64,000 nt of DNA, taken from Moniliella sp. 'wahieum'. Taxonomy: Eukaryota. Positions 1 through 12,408 of the stretch are shown here, in pieces. Position 1 is the stretch's first letter. Every line of letters starts with the position of its first letter. The position numbers and the translations under genes are program-made. The notes below the pieces were generated by a model, which ran no database searches, was not told the origin of the DNA, and saw only the letters and a list, made by a program, of their open reading frames with translations. Location of the stretch: contig RSEE01000058.1 in assembly GCA_003971905.1 (NCBI GenBank), positions 124,001-188,000 on the forward strand, given 5' to 3'.

Positions 1-399
1 GTCTGCCTCGTCTGCCTATAACTGTCTTTTCAGATCTTATCGCGTTATCGCTTCCCGCCCGCCGTACCACGTGCACCATGCCCCCCCCATCTCTATTTCC
101 GAGACGACGGAACTGATCTGGGGAGAACACTCGCCCTTCTCCCGGAGACCCTTCCTCCTCCCCTGGCGGCTACACCAACTCAACGGCTCCATCGTCTGGC
201 CCTGGCCCGATGGGCTCCTTCGCCATGACGCGGAGCCCGTTTGAACGTCTTTTCACGCTCCTCAGGAAGGGTACCAGCATATGTATGAACGCGAGGTCTT
301 TTTCAGAACAACATGGCCCTCAAAACACAGCAATAACTCCCCCAAAAGAGACCACCTCGGAGGCACAACGCATGTCCCCCCATAGGGTCTCACCACTTG

Positions 400-570
400 A
401 CAGCTGCGACGATCAACACGATACCCGGCATCGCCGAGCGGATCACGCGCAAGGGCAACAACTATCGACGGCTGTTGTGGGGTCAAAAAGCAGCATATAC
501 TTCTTCTATGGCTAACCCCAACACCGATCCCCCACGTCCCTACACTAGCAAACTGATTGTTTTGAGAGTA
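400..570 (+). mobile_element. Decayed Ty1/copia integrase fragment
   Basis: ORF 397-597 reads PGIAERITRK...RRLLWGQKAAYTSSMAN...SKLIVL, colinear with copia integrase motifs NGxAERxNRT, LWGEAxxTAxYLxNR and SHLRVFG. Matched by eye only. Confidence 0.45.
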
Positions 571-1183
571 GGCCGTCTCAAGACCTCGCTTTCCTGAACC
601 GAGACTTCGGGCGACGGCAGCCAGAGTGCCGAGACCTTCTTCTCCACCGAGTTGATCCCGCTCTCTTCCCGGAGCGCCGTCAGAGGTGGGAGGAGATGCG
701 TTAAAGGGCAAAAATCTCCGAATACACTACAGACTGTAGGTGCCAACCACTGATTTGGTCGGAACTTGTGTTCCTACTCGCCCCGTCCCCCACGTCTACT
801 ATATAGCCCCCCAATATACGACCACTGCATTCAGCTGGCAGACGCAGGCCTGCTTTCGTCAATGATCTTAAAATGATTAGCGAGGCCAAAGATGGGCAAG
901 TTCGCGTAAGAGTCGGAACCTTTAAACACCACAGACATAAGAGCGAGTGCGACTGTGCTACAAACCGACTTGCAAGTTCCAGGACCACTGCCACTGCCGC
1001 ACAACCGACTGCGGCCAGCCAAAAGACTCCTGGCGTGAAGTGTGTATTCAGAGAGAATATGAATCTGTGGCATTTCCCCTTCTATACCACACGCTAACAA
1101 CACGTGGCCACGAGCATCGTGACGAAGCATACTGCAAGGTAATCGTTTCGGTAAACACGCATGTACTTTGCGATCACACGCGA

Positions 1184-1565
1184 TTAAAGACCAGGCAGGT
1201 TCTGGCCCGTGAGCGACTTGAAGCCCGACTCGATACCGTTGCTGATCTCCTGGGTCTGGTTCTGGCTCAGGTCGTGGCCGAGGACCTGCTGCTCGCCGTA
1301 CTCAACAGCCTTGTCAACGTAGTCGTTGGTGAAGCCACCCTGCTGGCCCTGCTGCTGGCCTTGCTGGCCTTGCTGGTTGCCCTGGGGCTGTTGCTGTTGC
1401 TGGATTGGGATGGAGAGGACTGGAAGATGGGAGATGGGGTTAGCTTTTCGTACTTCAAGGAGTATGCCTTGTGTGGGGCCATGCATCGTGCCTCAGGGAC
1501 GCATCCGCAATCGGTGACGGCAGGAGAGAAGAGGGGGAAAGGTGCAAAATAAGACGTACGTCCAT
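1184..1565 (-). CDS. Small Gln/Gly-rich hydrophilic protein (~73 aa, 2 exons)
   Basis: ATG GAC at 1565-1560; intron GTACGT(1559)...GCTAAC...CAG(~1400); exon 2 QQQQPQGNQQGQQG...NDYVDKAVEYGEQQVLGHDL...GFKSLTGQNLPGL*. TATATAAAA lies about 65 nt upstream. Confidence 0.75.
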
Positions 1566-2409
1566 GATGTTAGAGTTGACAGTAACGTTGGTGGGGGTAA
1601 TCAAGAAGGAGGAGGAAGACAGAGGCGTTTTATATACCCGCCAGACCAGCAGTTTCCGCTGTGGATGGAAGGATGCACATGGCACGTGTGCAGTGGACGG
1701 ATAAGGAACGGCGTTCGGGTGGGTGGATGGCTTGGCTTGCCACAGACAGGCGCTCGCCTTGCTCGCCACACCGAACTGCTCGAATGTTCGTTGGACGGAC
1801 ATGGTGCAGGCACAGCACTGGTACAGTCGCCTGCCTCGCCCTGGCTGCGTATGCGTGATGCTGATGCATGATGCACCGCTTTCCAGTTGCGAGTGACTAA
1901 GTGACTCGTCCCTTGCCCGCGCGTCACTAATCATGGTCGCTTTGATTCACCCCCATAACAGTGGCATGCGACACCTTCATTGTCATGTATCATGCATGTC
2001 ATGTACTCAGATGCTTCTCGGCATCATCATGTCACCCACCCGTCAGCGTCACCACGCAATGGGTGGCATCCCCCCTTCTACTTCCGCCCAATGCATGAGT
2101 ATCGAGTACCTGAGCGCATGGGCAGCCAGAACCTTGTCACTCTAACTCACTCTATATAATCACTCACTACCTCTCTGCCTTCTCCGGCCACTAGCCACTA
2201 TTGGGACCTATTGCGGGTGTCTTATGGCCCCGGTCTTTTGGTATGCCTCCACTTGACAGCACGACCAGCAGATCCCCCGTCTGCTCCCACTCAGCCATTG
2301 CCATCGTCAAACGGATCTGCGATAACATCACAACCGGCACTACACTTGCCGGTCGCTGTGACAGGGGGATCACATCGATCACCGGTCACCGGCCGATAAC
2401 CAAACGCCG

Positions 2410-3320
2410 TTTGGTTAGGACACTGAGAAGGAAAACTGCGGTGAACACGCTGTCGAGATGGGATACAGTTTCGTTTGGTGGGTAGAGGCAGTCGCTGGTA
2501 TAGGCCACCAGACACTGTAGTGTCATGCGGAGGGTGGCCGTTTGACGGATACAGATGTAGGAAGGGCAGGGTGGAACGCCAAGTCGCTGAAAACGAGCAT
2601 TACAACGCCGGCGTGGGGCGCTGTGTGGCCCGTTGAAGCGTAAAAATCAGATGCTCTCTTCGCAGGTTGAGAAAGCCTGAGGTCGAGAACCACGATTGTG
2701 TGTCTTTCGGCGGAAGCTGTAAGAGAGACTACAGAGGTAGGTATGCAGGTGGCAATAATGAGATTGTGCAGTACGTTGCATGTGCGCACACAACGCGTCA
2801 ACTGAACTGAGGGCAGAGTGTCCTGGGCCCGCCCTGATCAGGACTGGCCCTCAGCGCAAGAGACCTGTTGCTGATGATTGGAGAGTATGGAGCCTGGGGC
2901 GCCTATAAACATAGGGAATTGTAAGGGTCAGGCGAAACGAGTGAGACCAAGTCCCATCAAGGGAAGCGCAAGATACATTTGTAGAGGGACTAATCACACT
3001 AGAACAGGATCGGCGAAGAGCAGTGACTCGTGAGAAGAGGTGCACCTGATTAGCAGCTATAAGAGGACCGTAACAGAATCCTTACAAGATCGATTGATAA
3101 CTTAGTCGGTAATCAGAGAGCAAATAGAGTGTGCCTGTGCGACAACATTGGTCTCGCACCTTGAGCCGTCCGCAGCTGTGAAGACACGATCATGAACATC
3201 GCAGATCTCAAGCTGAGGTACCGCCAGCCAAAACGACCCGATCCGGGTGTACCATGAGAGATCGCCCTGATTCAGCCTGCTCCATTGATCCTGGGTATCA
3301 TGTATGATGGGCCCAGATGA
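2410..3320 (-). mobile_element. Decayed Ty1/copia reverse transcriptase-RNase H fragment
   Basis: Colinear degenerate motifs on the minus strand: NQGDLSWYTRI (~DLGxLxYFLGI), YQS-LV-G-LL near 3070-3098 (~YQSLVGSLLY), TSVVSLTASAERH (~VALSTAEAEY), LVFSD (~CDN) and LLSVLTKR (~QLADILTK). Several stops and shifts. Confidence 0.55.
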
Positions 3321-3751
3321 CATTGTTAGAAGGGTGCAGCTAGGTGTTGGTGCAAATACCTTCGTTCTGCTCTGGTTTAGGGTGTGAGAGCAGGAGGCCT
3401 TTCCTTTGCAGGATTGCTAGACGCCATTCGCACTTCTGAAGAGAGACACAGCAGTACTCCCTATTCTAAAAAAGAGGGATCGGGAAAAACGGCCCGACGT
3501 ACTGGACACATCGGGGCACATCGTACATCGTATACGTCCAGTAGGCTGATGAGGCGGTGGTGATGGAGATGTGGCAACACCAAACACTATATATCACTCG
3601 GATTTCATTCACCGGTCACCTATCGCCATTTTTGAAATTGGCATTGATCATTTCGACGCGGTCACGTTGGGTTCCGGCAGCGCGACGCGTTCACTGACCT
3701 TCATTTCTTCTTGGTTCTCTCCCCACCATCTCTGCCCAACAGCCGCTCCAG

Positions 3752-4601
3752 ATGACCGCCCCCCTTACTCCCCCGCTGGCAATTGCCAGCTCGATCACCG
3801 AGAAAGAGCAGGTGCAGGTTCATATCATGCCGTTCCAAATTGACTATTCGGGTCCCGCCCCGGTCAGCACCTTTCTCCTCCTTTCACCTGCTGAGGAAGG
3901 ATTGGCGGCAGAGGTGGGGTCCGGCGTCAATTCGGAAGAGAACAAAACGTTGAGAGAGAATGGGGAAGAACTGCCACCGCTCCCTCAACTTACATCTGCA
4001 TTTCGAGGAAGGCAAATGCATGCCACACCCTTACCCCTTCCTCCAGGGTGGGCGGGGGGTGTATACGAGGTACCTCCTCCCCTTCCGCCGCTCAGGTGGT
4101 GGCGCCACCAACGGCATTCCCGAGTAAGCCCAAGCCTGCACCCGCACCTGCCAGTACCAAATCCTCGGGCCACCCCAAAAAGTTTAGTCTCGATTCGGAT
4201 TCGGACTCAGACGAATCGGACGCCGAAGCCCCGCCAGGACCGGAACCGGTTTTGGATGGTGCTGCCGGTGACATGACCGCCGGACAGCTCCTCTTCTCCA
4301 ACGGCTTTATCGATGAGGACGAGTCCATCATTCCGACTCCTACTCGACCCGCACAGACGCTTACCCCTCTCGCTGACTTGGCCCCGATGCCAAATGACCC
4401 GCGCAACGCCCTTTTGGTATGGGCCGCGGACGGGCCAGCGGACGTGGGAGACGACCGATTCTTCCGCACTTTGGGCGAATGGCAGTCGGTTGTCATTGAT
4501 TCGGTACGTCTTCTTTGCAAGAGGGGGAAATATGAAAACTGACCCCGTGATCCCTTTGCCAGCTACAATCCTACGATGCCATCGGCCCAGAGGCACTCTA
4601 G
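3752..4601 (+). CDS. RNH203: Ribonuclease H2 subunit C (Rnh203/RNASEH2C family)
   Basis: HIMPFQIDYSGPAPVSTF and SAFRGRQMHATPLPLPPGWAGGV motifs. Frameshift near 4090 into the frame containing LVWAADGP...RTLGEW. Intron 4504-4562 (GTACGT...CTGAC...CAG); last exon LQSYDAIGPEAL*. Confidence 0.8.
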
Positions 4602-4901
4602 CCGTCCAGGGCCGCAACCTCCTCGGGGCTTTCTCTTCGCCATGTCTCGTGTTCGTGTGCGTTTCAGTCTGACCCAGGTAAGCTGGTAAAGGCTCACGCG
4701 TTACATCAATGCGAAAATGGCATGGGTTTGAAAATGCATCGCGACCACCATGTAAGTCAAAACGACGGGCCATAGCAGATGGGAGAAGGGGCATCAAATC
4801 GCAAGCGTAGACATATCGCCCCTTTTTAGACAACGGAAACAGGGCCGCTGAACGGATGCATGGGACATGAACGATCAACCCAAGCAATCGGGTCTAATCC
4901 C

Positions 4902-5444
4902 TTAGGCCGAAGCACGAGCCACAGCAGGGTTGACCTTCTTGCCATCCTTGTTGAAACGCACGCGCACAGGGGGCGCGCGGTTGCGGCGGTCAACACGCGA
5001 GCGAACACGCACCGTCTTCGAGTGAATGGCGCAGGAAACGCAGTAGTGGACCTTGTTGTACAGCTTGGGCAAGGTGTACTCGGCGTACACCGAAGCCTCG
5101 CTCATGTCACGCACAGCGGCGGCCTCCACCACGTTACGGACGGTGAAGCGCTTGATCGCCTTGTCCTTAGGAACGGCGCGGGAGCAGTTCGAGCAGCGAA
5201 CAAAGTTGACATGGCCACGGCCGTGCTTGTTGCGGCCACCGTTCCTGCGCTTGGTCGTCACTGGCAAAAGAGAAATCAGTCAGTACACAGGACAAAAAAC
5301 ATCCCGACATATCGTGACGGGAAGAACATAGCACTTGAAGGACGTAGCAGGTGGCGGGATACACCCATTTCAAATAGGGGAGCATCCCCACGCGCACACG
5401 CACACGCTGTCACCCATCAAGAGAAAAGGGCGACGACACTCACT
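4902..5444 (-). CDS. RPS26: 40S ribosomal protein S26 (eS26)
   Basis: [37 protein letters not shown]...YCVSCAIH. Intron 5443-5261 (GTGAGT...CTGAC...CAG); splicing creates the ATG (A at 5444 plus TG at 5260-5259). Confidence 0.95.
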
Positions 5445-5548
5445 CTTGGGCAAAGAGGATCAACTTGCTGTTGGCGAGCTAGCAGATGGGACGAACGCGG
5501 CTGCGTAGGGCAGCGCCCTGGTTTCCGACCGACGCCTGGGGCAACAAT

Positions 5549-5570
5549 AGGGTTGGCGCAGGGTTGGCGC
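5549..5570. promoter_or_regulatory. Tandem 11-bp repeat (AGGGTTGGCGC x2) in the RPS26 promoter
   Basis: Perfect direct duplication about 105-125 nt upstream of the RPS26 start. Regulatory role is inferred from position only. Confidence 0.3.
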
Positions 5571-5803
5571 AATAAAATGTCCTTCGTGCCAGTGTTAGGT
5601 AATCCACACTCCCCCCGCTTCATGGGTTGTTTTAAAAAAAAACCTCGCTCGATGACCGCAGCACCTGCGAGGGGCGGAATGGAATAGGCCAGCCATTCGC
5701 TTGCTCCACCTTCTCCATGGCGAACACGGTGCTTATGTTGCACGTAACACACATTGAGGGGTAGAACAAATGAGTATCCCGTATCCCAGCGGGGAACAAA
5801 AAA

Positions 5804-5898
5804 TGCTTCAAAGGGGAATCGAACCCCTGTCACATCGATGTCATACGGAGGCTGGCAGTGCTTGGCAACGATGTAGTATACCACTAACCCATTGAAGC
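5804..5898 (-). tRNA. tRNA-Gly(GCC) with 24-nt intron
   Basis: Acceptor stem GCTTCAA/TTGAAGC+A; anticodon arm CATCG-TTGCCA[intron]T-CGATG; T-arm AGGGG-TTCGATT-CCCCT; followed by a T6 Pol III terminator. Confidence 0.95.
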
Positions 5899-7489
5899 TT
5901 GTGTCATTCTTTTGAATGCATCAGTTTTGCACATGCGTGCATACGTACAAATTATCTTGTTAGCTCTATAAAGCTCACACCCCCAAAGCCGACACTCAGT
6001 CTAGATCACAACGCTCAAGCTCAACCCTCTCATTCTCCGTCAAACGTGATGATCAAGATCAATATATGCCCCTCTGTGGTCATCCCGCCATTTCTCAGCA
6101 GGGCTTACATTCACAGTTTCTTCAATCGGCATGATCCACTGCCACTGCCTTTCTTGCTTTCCTCCTCAGGTAGTCTATGTGGTTGTATGTCGTCGTTCCT
6201 CGCCTTTCGGCGGCTTCTTAATACCCATCTGTCGCCTCTTCAATTTATAACCCTTCTCCTCCATCGCACTTTTTGCAACTCTACACAATCTCTAGAATTA
6301 CCAACAATGTCACCCCCTGTTGCTCCTCTCGTGTCCCATCAGCTCACGTCTTGTGCTTCTCTATGATTTCTCGTTTTCTTTAACAGAGTAAACACATTCA
6401 TCGCATTAGCGCACGTCATAAAGAAAAGAAGAACGATGACAAGTTCTTGACATTGAGTGGTCTCCTTCTTCTCATCACCCTTCCCCTCCTTCAATTTCAC
6501 GGGCCAGGGGGGAGATAAGTCTACCACTGACAGCACAAACCGGGGCTCACATCGGCGCTGAAGCGCTGAAGTCTCATCAACACTTGAGACCCCCTCCGTG
6601 AGCAGAAAGCACAGATGGCATGCAGTGGATGCAATGAGAGAAGGGGGAGAATCGGTGTGCAAATACAATAAGCACCCCGAACGCACCCAGAACGAGCACA
6701 GGATGATGTAGCGAACTACGGCACGTCTGTGACGGGGTGGCTGGCTTCCCAGGCGGAGACCTTCCCTGCCCATCGGAGACAAGACTCACGGAGGACTGAA
6801 CGCGTTTCAGATCCAAAGTCCAAGGCTCATTGGCGTGAACGTAGGAGGGTCGAGAGTGATGCTTTGCTGTGCGTCGAGCAAAGCCTGAGCAGCGGTCTGC
6901 GAGCAGAGGTTGCGTGTGTAGGGACTGGACGCGAAAGCGGGGAGCTCCGATATGGGCGAGGGAGGGCGAGCGAGCTGATCGAAAGGTGTTCCTTCTAGAA
7001 GTGGAGTGCCTAGAAGAAGGGTGAAGGGGAAAGAATGGTCAGCGGCTTCGGCCATCATCTCATTGGATCGAAGAACAAGCCGGTTTTATAGAAGAGAAGG
7101 GGAACAAGGGAAGACCAAGAGATCTACAACAGTGTAAAAGGGGAAACGAGTTAAAGGGAAGAAAGGGGACCAAGCGCGAGAGGGACGAGAGGAGGAGAGG
7201 AGACGAGGGTCAAGAGCAAACAGTGAACCCGAGGTGAGAAACGAGACGAGAAACCGAGTGGAAAACAACTGTGTGGTGTTTTGGATTTTAGACGAGGGCG
7301 AGCGGAGAAACGATGATTGTTGTGGGTTTTGTAGATAGAAAGAGGTCCGAGTCACGATAGGGGAAGAAGCCGAGAAGCGACAGCGACGATAAAGAAGTGG
7401 AGGCGGCTGTGCAAGGCAGCTCAGTCGTCGCCGCGTGACAACGTCCATCCACGGAACGTCTTCATGGGACCTCTGTCGCCGCTGCCCTA

Positions 7490-9400
7490 TGACTCCTTTT
7501 GCTTGATGCCAGTAAAAGGAGGGTGTTTGGACCGCAAAAAACAGGTACACTACGGACGTCCAAAACGTTCCACATTCGACATTTGGTGATTGGCCTGTTT
7601 GTAACCCGCGTTTAGTGCATTGCATGGAAAATGTATACACGGTATGGGGCGTGGCTTTCATTTCTCTAATAATGTTACAGAGTCGCTCTGTTGTCCCAGT
7701 TGTGTGTTAAGGTGAAGGTTATACGGAAAGATTATGTGGTTTGTAACTAGGGTCCATCTAATATATGTCCCACGGAAGGATTACCGCTTGGAGAGAAGCC
7801 TATGGTGTCGGAGTGTTTTCTATATGATCATAACGAGAGGGCACACCGTTCACAGTCCAGTCCTAGATTGGCGCCCACAAATTCTTCTCTACACTTTCTT
7901 CCCTCTGGTGTGATTGAAGTTCCACACCACCTTCTCCACCACCACATTCGACCTGTTGGCTATAAGTTTAGTGTGTGTACACAGAAGGCTGGCCATTAGC
8001 GGGAAACGCAAAAGTGTGTACTTACGTGGCATATGTACTGTGTGAAGAGGTTGGGAAAAGCATCAAACATGACACGATAATAGTGTCAAAGTCATATCTT
8101 ATGCTAGGGGGCTCCCTTCGCCCGGTATAGGCCTGTGTCGGTTCACAATAACCTACTAGGAAACGAGAGTGACAGTGTATACGCAACACGGAACTGACTG
8201 TGGAGAAGCGCGAGAGAGACCTGTTTTTTTATTCATATCATTTACACAGCTTAAGCCTGGGACAAAGAAACGCCGAGTCTATCAAGGTTCACTCACCCGG
8301 CGTGTGCTGCTTGTGTTCATTCCAATCCACAATTAGGAGTCAGTGGAGAAGAGTCGCTATAGCAGGCCGAAATCCTGTGACTGCCAATCCGGATGTATGT
8401 GTAGAGTCATGAATGCGAATGTGTGTGGTCTATATATGTGTGCGATGATCTATTATGAAGCTTGAAGTTAGATGGCTTGAGGCAGCTTCAGTGAGACTCC
8501 TCTATGTAAATCAAGGCTTCTCCAGCACTCAAGCGTGTTCTTTTTGTTGACCGTCTTGGTATGGCAGTACCCCGGGCGTGGTCAGACCAGGGGAAGAATG
8601 ACTCTCCTCTTCTTAAGCGCTTTCATGTGGGTCTTCACATTCCGCTTGTTCCAACAGTAGATGCACACACTCATTCTCGCTGTGTTCCGCAGACGTTTTG
8701 CGGTTGCCTTGTGTATACCACCTTCCGTCGGTACGCAGCAGCCATATATGCATGACCTCCTTCTTTGAAACCGATGAATCCCTCTCAAAGCGTGTGGTCC
8801 ACATCCATTCCGGATCCTCCAAACGCCCCTGGTCCCATCATGTACAACTCACAGTGGTCTTGTGCGGACGGGCTCCGGCGCCCAAGAGATTCCTCCCGGG
8901 TTCCGTTCCCAGTCCGGCGCGTTCCGCTTTCTCTTCTTTGTTGCGCTGCACCAGCACAATTAAAGTCTATAGTACGGTGGGTATTCCGGCCTTCCTCACA
9001 CGCTGCGTCTTGTCCTTTCTCCTTTTCCCTCTACAGCTGCGGCACGCTGAGAACGCGTGTGGGTATCCCGGACGGATCGCAGGAGCTACTGGAGGATATG
9101 GTCCGTCACACATTACCCTCGCGGAACGCACGAAGAATTGGATTGAGGGGGGTGCTAATGCGATAATGCCAAGATGTGCTCAATCGATAGCATCGATAAC
9201 ATCAGACCACACTTGCACTTGCTGCGCGAAGAACGGCACGGAGGGTATACGCTGGCGTACGACGGAGCTGGGTGGAGAGGCCAATCTGAATCAGGTTTTC
9301 CCTTGTCGGTGATGGGCTGGCTTGTGGCACTTGATGGCTGCTGTGGCATTGAAGAGGAAAGACAATGGTAGTTGAACCTATTGCCGCTCAACAACCGTAT
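7490..9400 (+). mobile_element. Decayed Ty1/copia pol (integrase C-terminus/SH3, RT, start of RNase H)
   Basis: Ordered degenerate motifs: TPF...DVQNVPHSTFG (7490-7590); WHMYCVKR (~8025-8050); KSYL/ARGLPSPGIG (8089-8132, ~KARLVARGFxQxPGID); LDGLRQ (8468-8485, ~LYGLKQ); PSHITLAERTKNWIEG (~9103-9150, ~HxxAAKRILRYLKG); GGYTLAYDGA-GW (~9240-9275). Confidence 0.6.
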
Positions 9401-9549
9401 TGCGACCATCCGCCTAGTACAAACGGTTATACATGCCGTTCTTAGGAGGCCGTTATTTAATGACAAGGTATCGGCAGTGCGGTAACGCCTGAGGATGTCA
9501 TCTATTGCATCGTGTCTTCTGATGTCATCGTCAGACACTCTGCGTTGCA

Positions 9550-12200
9550 AGTTACATGTTACACGTCAGCGGTACACGTCACACGTCCCATGTCCCATCC
9601 CAGAATGTCACACGCACTGTCTGGGTCCGGTGGGAAAGATGAATGATGCATGATGCCATTGTATCCAACAGGCAACTGGAGTGGCTACTGCGTCGGCTGT
9701 TGACGCGTTGACGCGTTGACGTTTGAAATTTGACGCGTGACGCCCTTGACGCTCTGTGCCGATGGGTGTGGCTGAGGAAGCCAGGGTCGTCAGGGACACG
9801 AGTGCCGGTCTGCGCCGGCGTACCGCGACCACTGATTATCGATTATCGATGACCCGGGTGCCATGTGAGCATGTGAGCGCTGAGCATGTGAGCGTGCCTG
9901 TACGCAGGACTTGCCAGGAGAAACGAGCGAGCCGCGCTGAGGTGGCGCAGCGCGCTCAACCTGGGCAGCGCCCAGGCTCGGAGTGTTGGTTCAGTACGTT
10001 GGACGTTGAACTTGGGCCGGCTTGAGCACGTTGAACACGTTGATGCGTTGAACGTTACACAGTTAGTGGTGCGTTGGCGTTGAACACGTTGAACGTGATA
10101 CGTTTGATATATGATAGCTAGTACGTGCTGGTCTGTCTTCCGACGGGATATCCGATACTCGATCTCAACAGAGCTCTACGTCAATAACGCTCAGCGCTTA
10201 CAGCTCGATCTGGGATTTAGACGTTAAACCCATCCCAGATCTCAACGATCTCAATTCTCTCTCAACCCACCGTAGCTTGAAGCTTGAAGCTTGAAGCTTG
10301 AAGCTTGAAGCTTGACCAGTGCCGACTTGACGCGTGACGCGTGACGCGCGACGTGAGACGGCGTGACAACGTGACAGCATAACGGCGTGATCGGTGATCG
10401 GTCGATGACCAGTGCCGTTGGCCAGGAACGACGGCAAGCATACCGCACACCTCGAACTTTCGCGTGTGCGCCATGTTTCGTTCTTATTTTGCCGGGCAAC
10501 ACGGTGAACTAGGCAGCCAGGATGTGCCAGTGCAGGCCAGCGCCTGAGGCTTGAAGCCTCGCCAAATGTGGAATCTGGGTAGGGTGTGCGTCTGGTGCCG
10601 GATGGTGGATGGCGTTTGGCGTTTCTCAGCCGCTCAGCGTCACGCGTTACCGGCTCAGCTTAACCAAATTAATCAATGGCGGATACAGGTGGTCACCGGT
10701 CAGAGGTTAAATATCGATCTATCGACGAGATATTCGTTGAACGTTGAACGTTGAATGTGGAACGTGGAACTAATTAGTTCGATGCAGCGCGCGTGGCCCT
10801 GTGGGGGCTACGCCGTGCTACGCCCCCGGCGCCACATGCCCAATCTGGATAGTAACTAGTAACTAGGTAACTAGTAACCGGTACAGTAGCGGGTCAGCGG
10901 CTGAGCTTGAGGCTCATGCACTCATGAGCGCAGCGTGCAAGCAGGTGCAAGCGCCAAGCCGAAACAGACCCGGGCGGATGCTGCGCGCTGGAATCTGGAT
11001 TCGAATGTGAGTGAGATGGTGACATCTAAGACCAAGGTCTGACATATCACTGTGACATGTGCCGCTCTAGACGCTCCAAGCCGAACCTGCCGCCCCCGTT
11101 CACCGGTCACCCGCTCACGCGTTGAGCTGCTCACGCTCACGGCTGAACGTTCAGCGTTCAGCTGTTCAGCGACCAGCGACCAGTGCCGCATTGCATGATG
11201 CATGATAGATGGTGCATGGTGCATGCATCATGCATCATGTGTGACACCACGCCGTTGTGTATTCCTAAGTTGGGACCTGCGACAGGTAAAGCTGTAAAGC
11301 TTGCAAAGCTTGAAGGGTGGTTACCTTACCCGTTGGGCCGATGATCGAGATGATCGATGATCGATGACTGGGAGCCTAGCATCTAGCAACTCGCATACCA
11401 CATTGTCCCATGCCACCAGGCTACCAAGGTTACCCGCGTCACATGTCACAGGCCGTGAAGGGTATCACGCTCGTACACACTTTCGCACACTCCCTCACTG
11501 CGTTTGAACTGGCATGGCCACGACACTCTCGCGCCCTTTGCCCGGCTGGCGAATGCATTCCCACACTGCGACACTGCTCTCCACCTGTCACATGTTATGT
11601 CCCACTCAGTACTCACATGCACACGTCATCCGTCCCATATTCCCGGTTCCCTGTACAGGTCACTGCTTAGTGCTTAGTGCTTAGTACTTAGTACTAGTCA
11701 CTTGTTACTAGAGTGGTCACTGGGTCACCGGTCACCGGTCACTCCGGTCTCTGGCCGCCGCTGCTGCCGCTCGCCCCAAGCTCAAGCTTCAAGTCCGGTC
11801 ACCGGTCACTCGTCACGCGTCACGGTCTCCGTTTGCTTCTCAGGATCTCAGATCTCTCAGATCTGAGATTCGAGAGCACACGCTCCATCGCAGCGTGGTG
11901 GGGCAGGCTGACACGCAGCCGAGGGCAATGCGGGGACCGCAACGTTCCTGGCTGGCGGCTGCTGCCTGCTGCGGGCTCCCCGCCCCCCCCGGGCAGGGTT
12001 CAGTGTTCGGCTTGCCGAGCGAGGCCGCAGGCACCAGGCAAGCATCATGCACCCGCGTCAGGTATCCGTGCATCAGCCACAACGCACCCGGGCAGCCGAA
12101 CCCATGCGCGCACTGGGCTACTGCGCCTGCCGGCCGCCTGTGGATTGCCGCGCATGTGCTTTGTCCGTGCATGATGCATGATGCATGTCAGCCGCTCAGC
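9550..12200. repeat. Dense block of 7-bp-period palindromic micro-repeats, (TNA + 4-bp palindrome)n
   Basis: (AGCTTGA)6 at 10274-10315; TGACGCG ~10328-10347; TGAACGT ~10738-10755; TAACTAG ~10853-10878; TGATGCA/TCATGCA ~11192-11240; TGATCGA ~11342-11367; TTAGTGC/TTAGTAC ~11667-11697; TCACCGG ~11725-11742; TCAGATC ~11843-11869. Confidence 0.9.
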
Positions 12201-12408
12201 GCTCGGGCTGAGCCTCACGCTCCCGCATCGCCCGCCCGCAGTGCGCTCCAGTGCCCCTCAAGCCGCGCCCTGCCCTGCCTTTTCCCATCCTGCCGCGCTT
12301 CCCACGGGGCTCAGCCAGGCCAGGCCCAGGCCCAGCTGCCAGCTTAACCACCGCTGCGCCTCGCTCCCTCTTGTCGTGCCCACCGCCACCTCCCCCGCTG
12401 CTGCTGCC

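Noticed and set aside
830..960. Possible MULE/WRKY-type HxH zinc motif (VRVGTFKHHRH)
   Set aside because: Upstream cysteines are absent and there is no transposase core nearby.
4860..5687. 275-aa plus-strand ORF
   Set aside because: Antisense shadow of RPS26.
9550..12200. CRISPR array or synthetic polylinker (many 6-bp restriction-type palindromes)
   Set aside because: No constant repeat with unique spacers and no cas genes. Sites are tandemly repeated, degenerate and recur across the window in native context.
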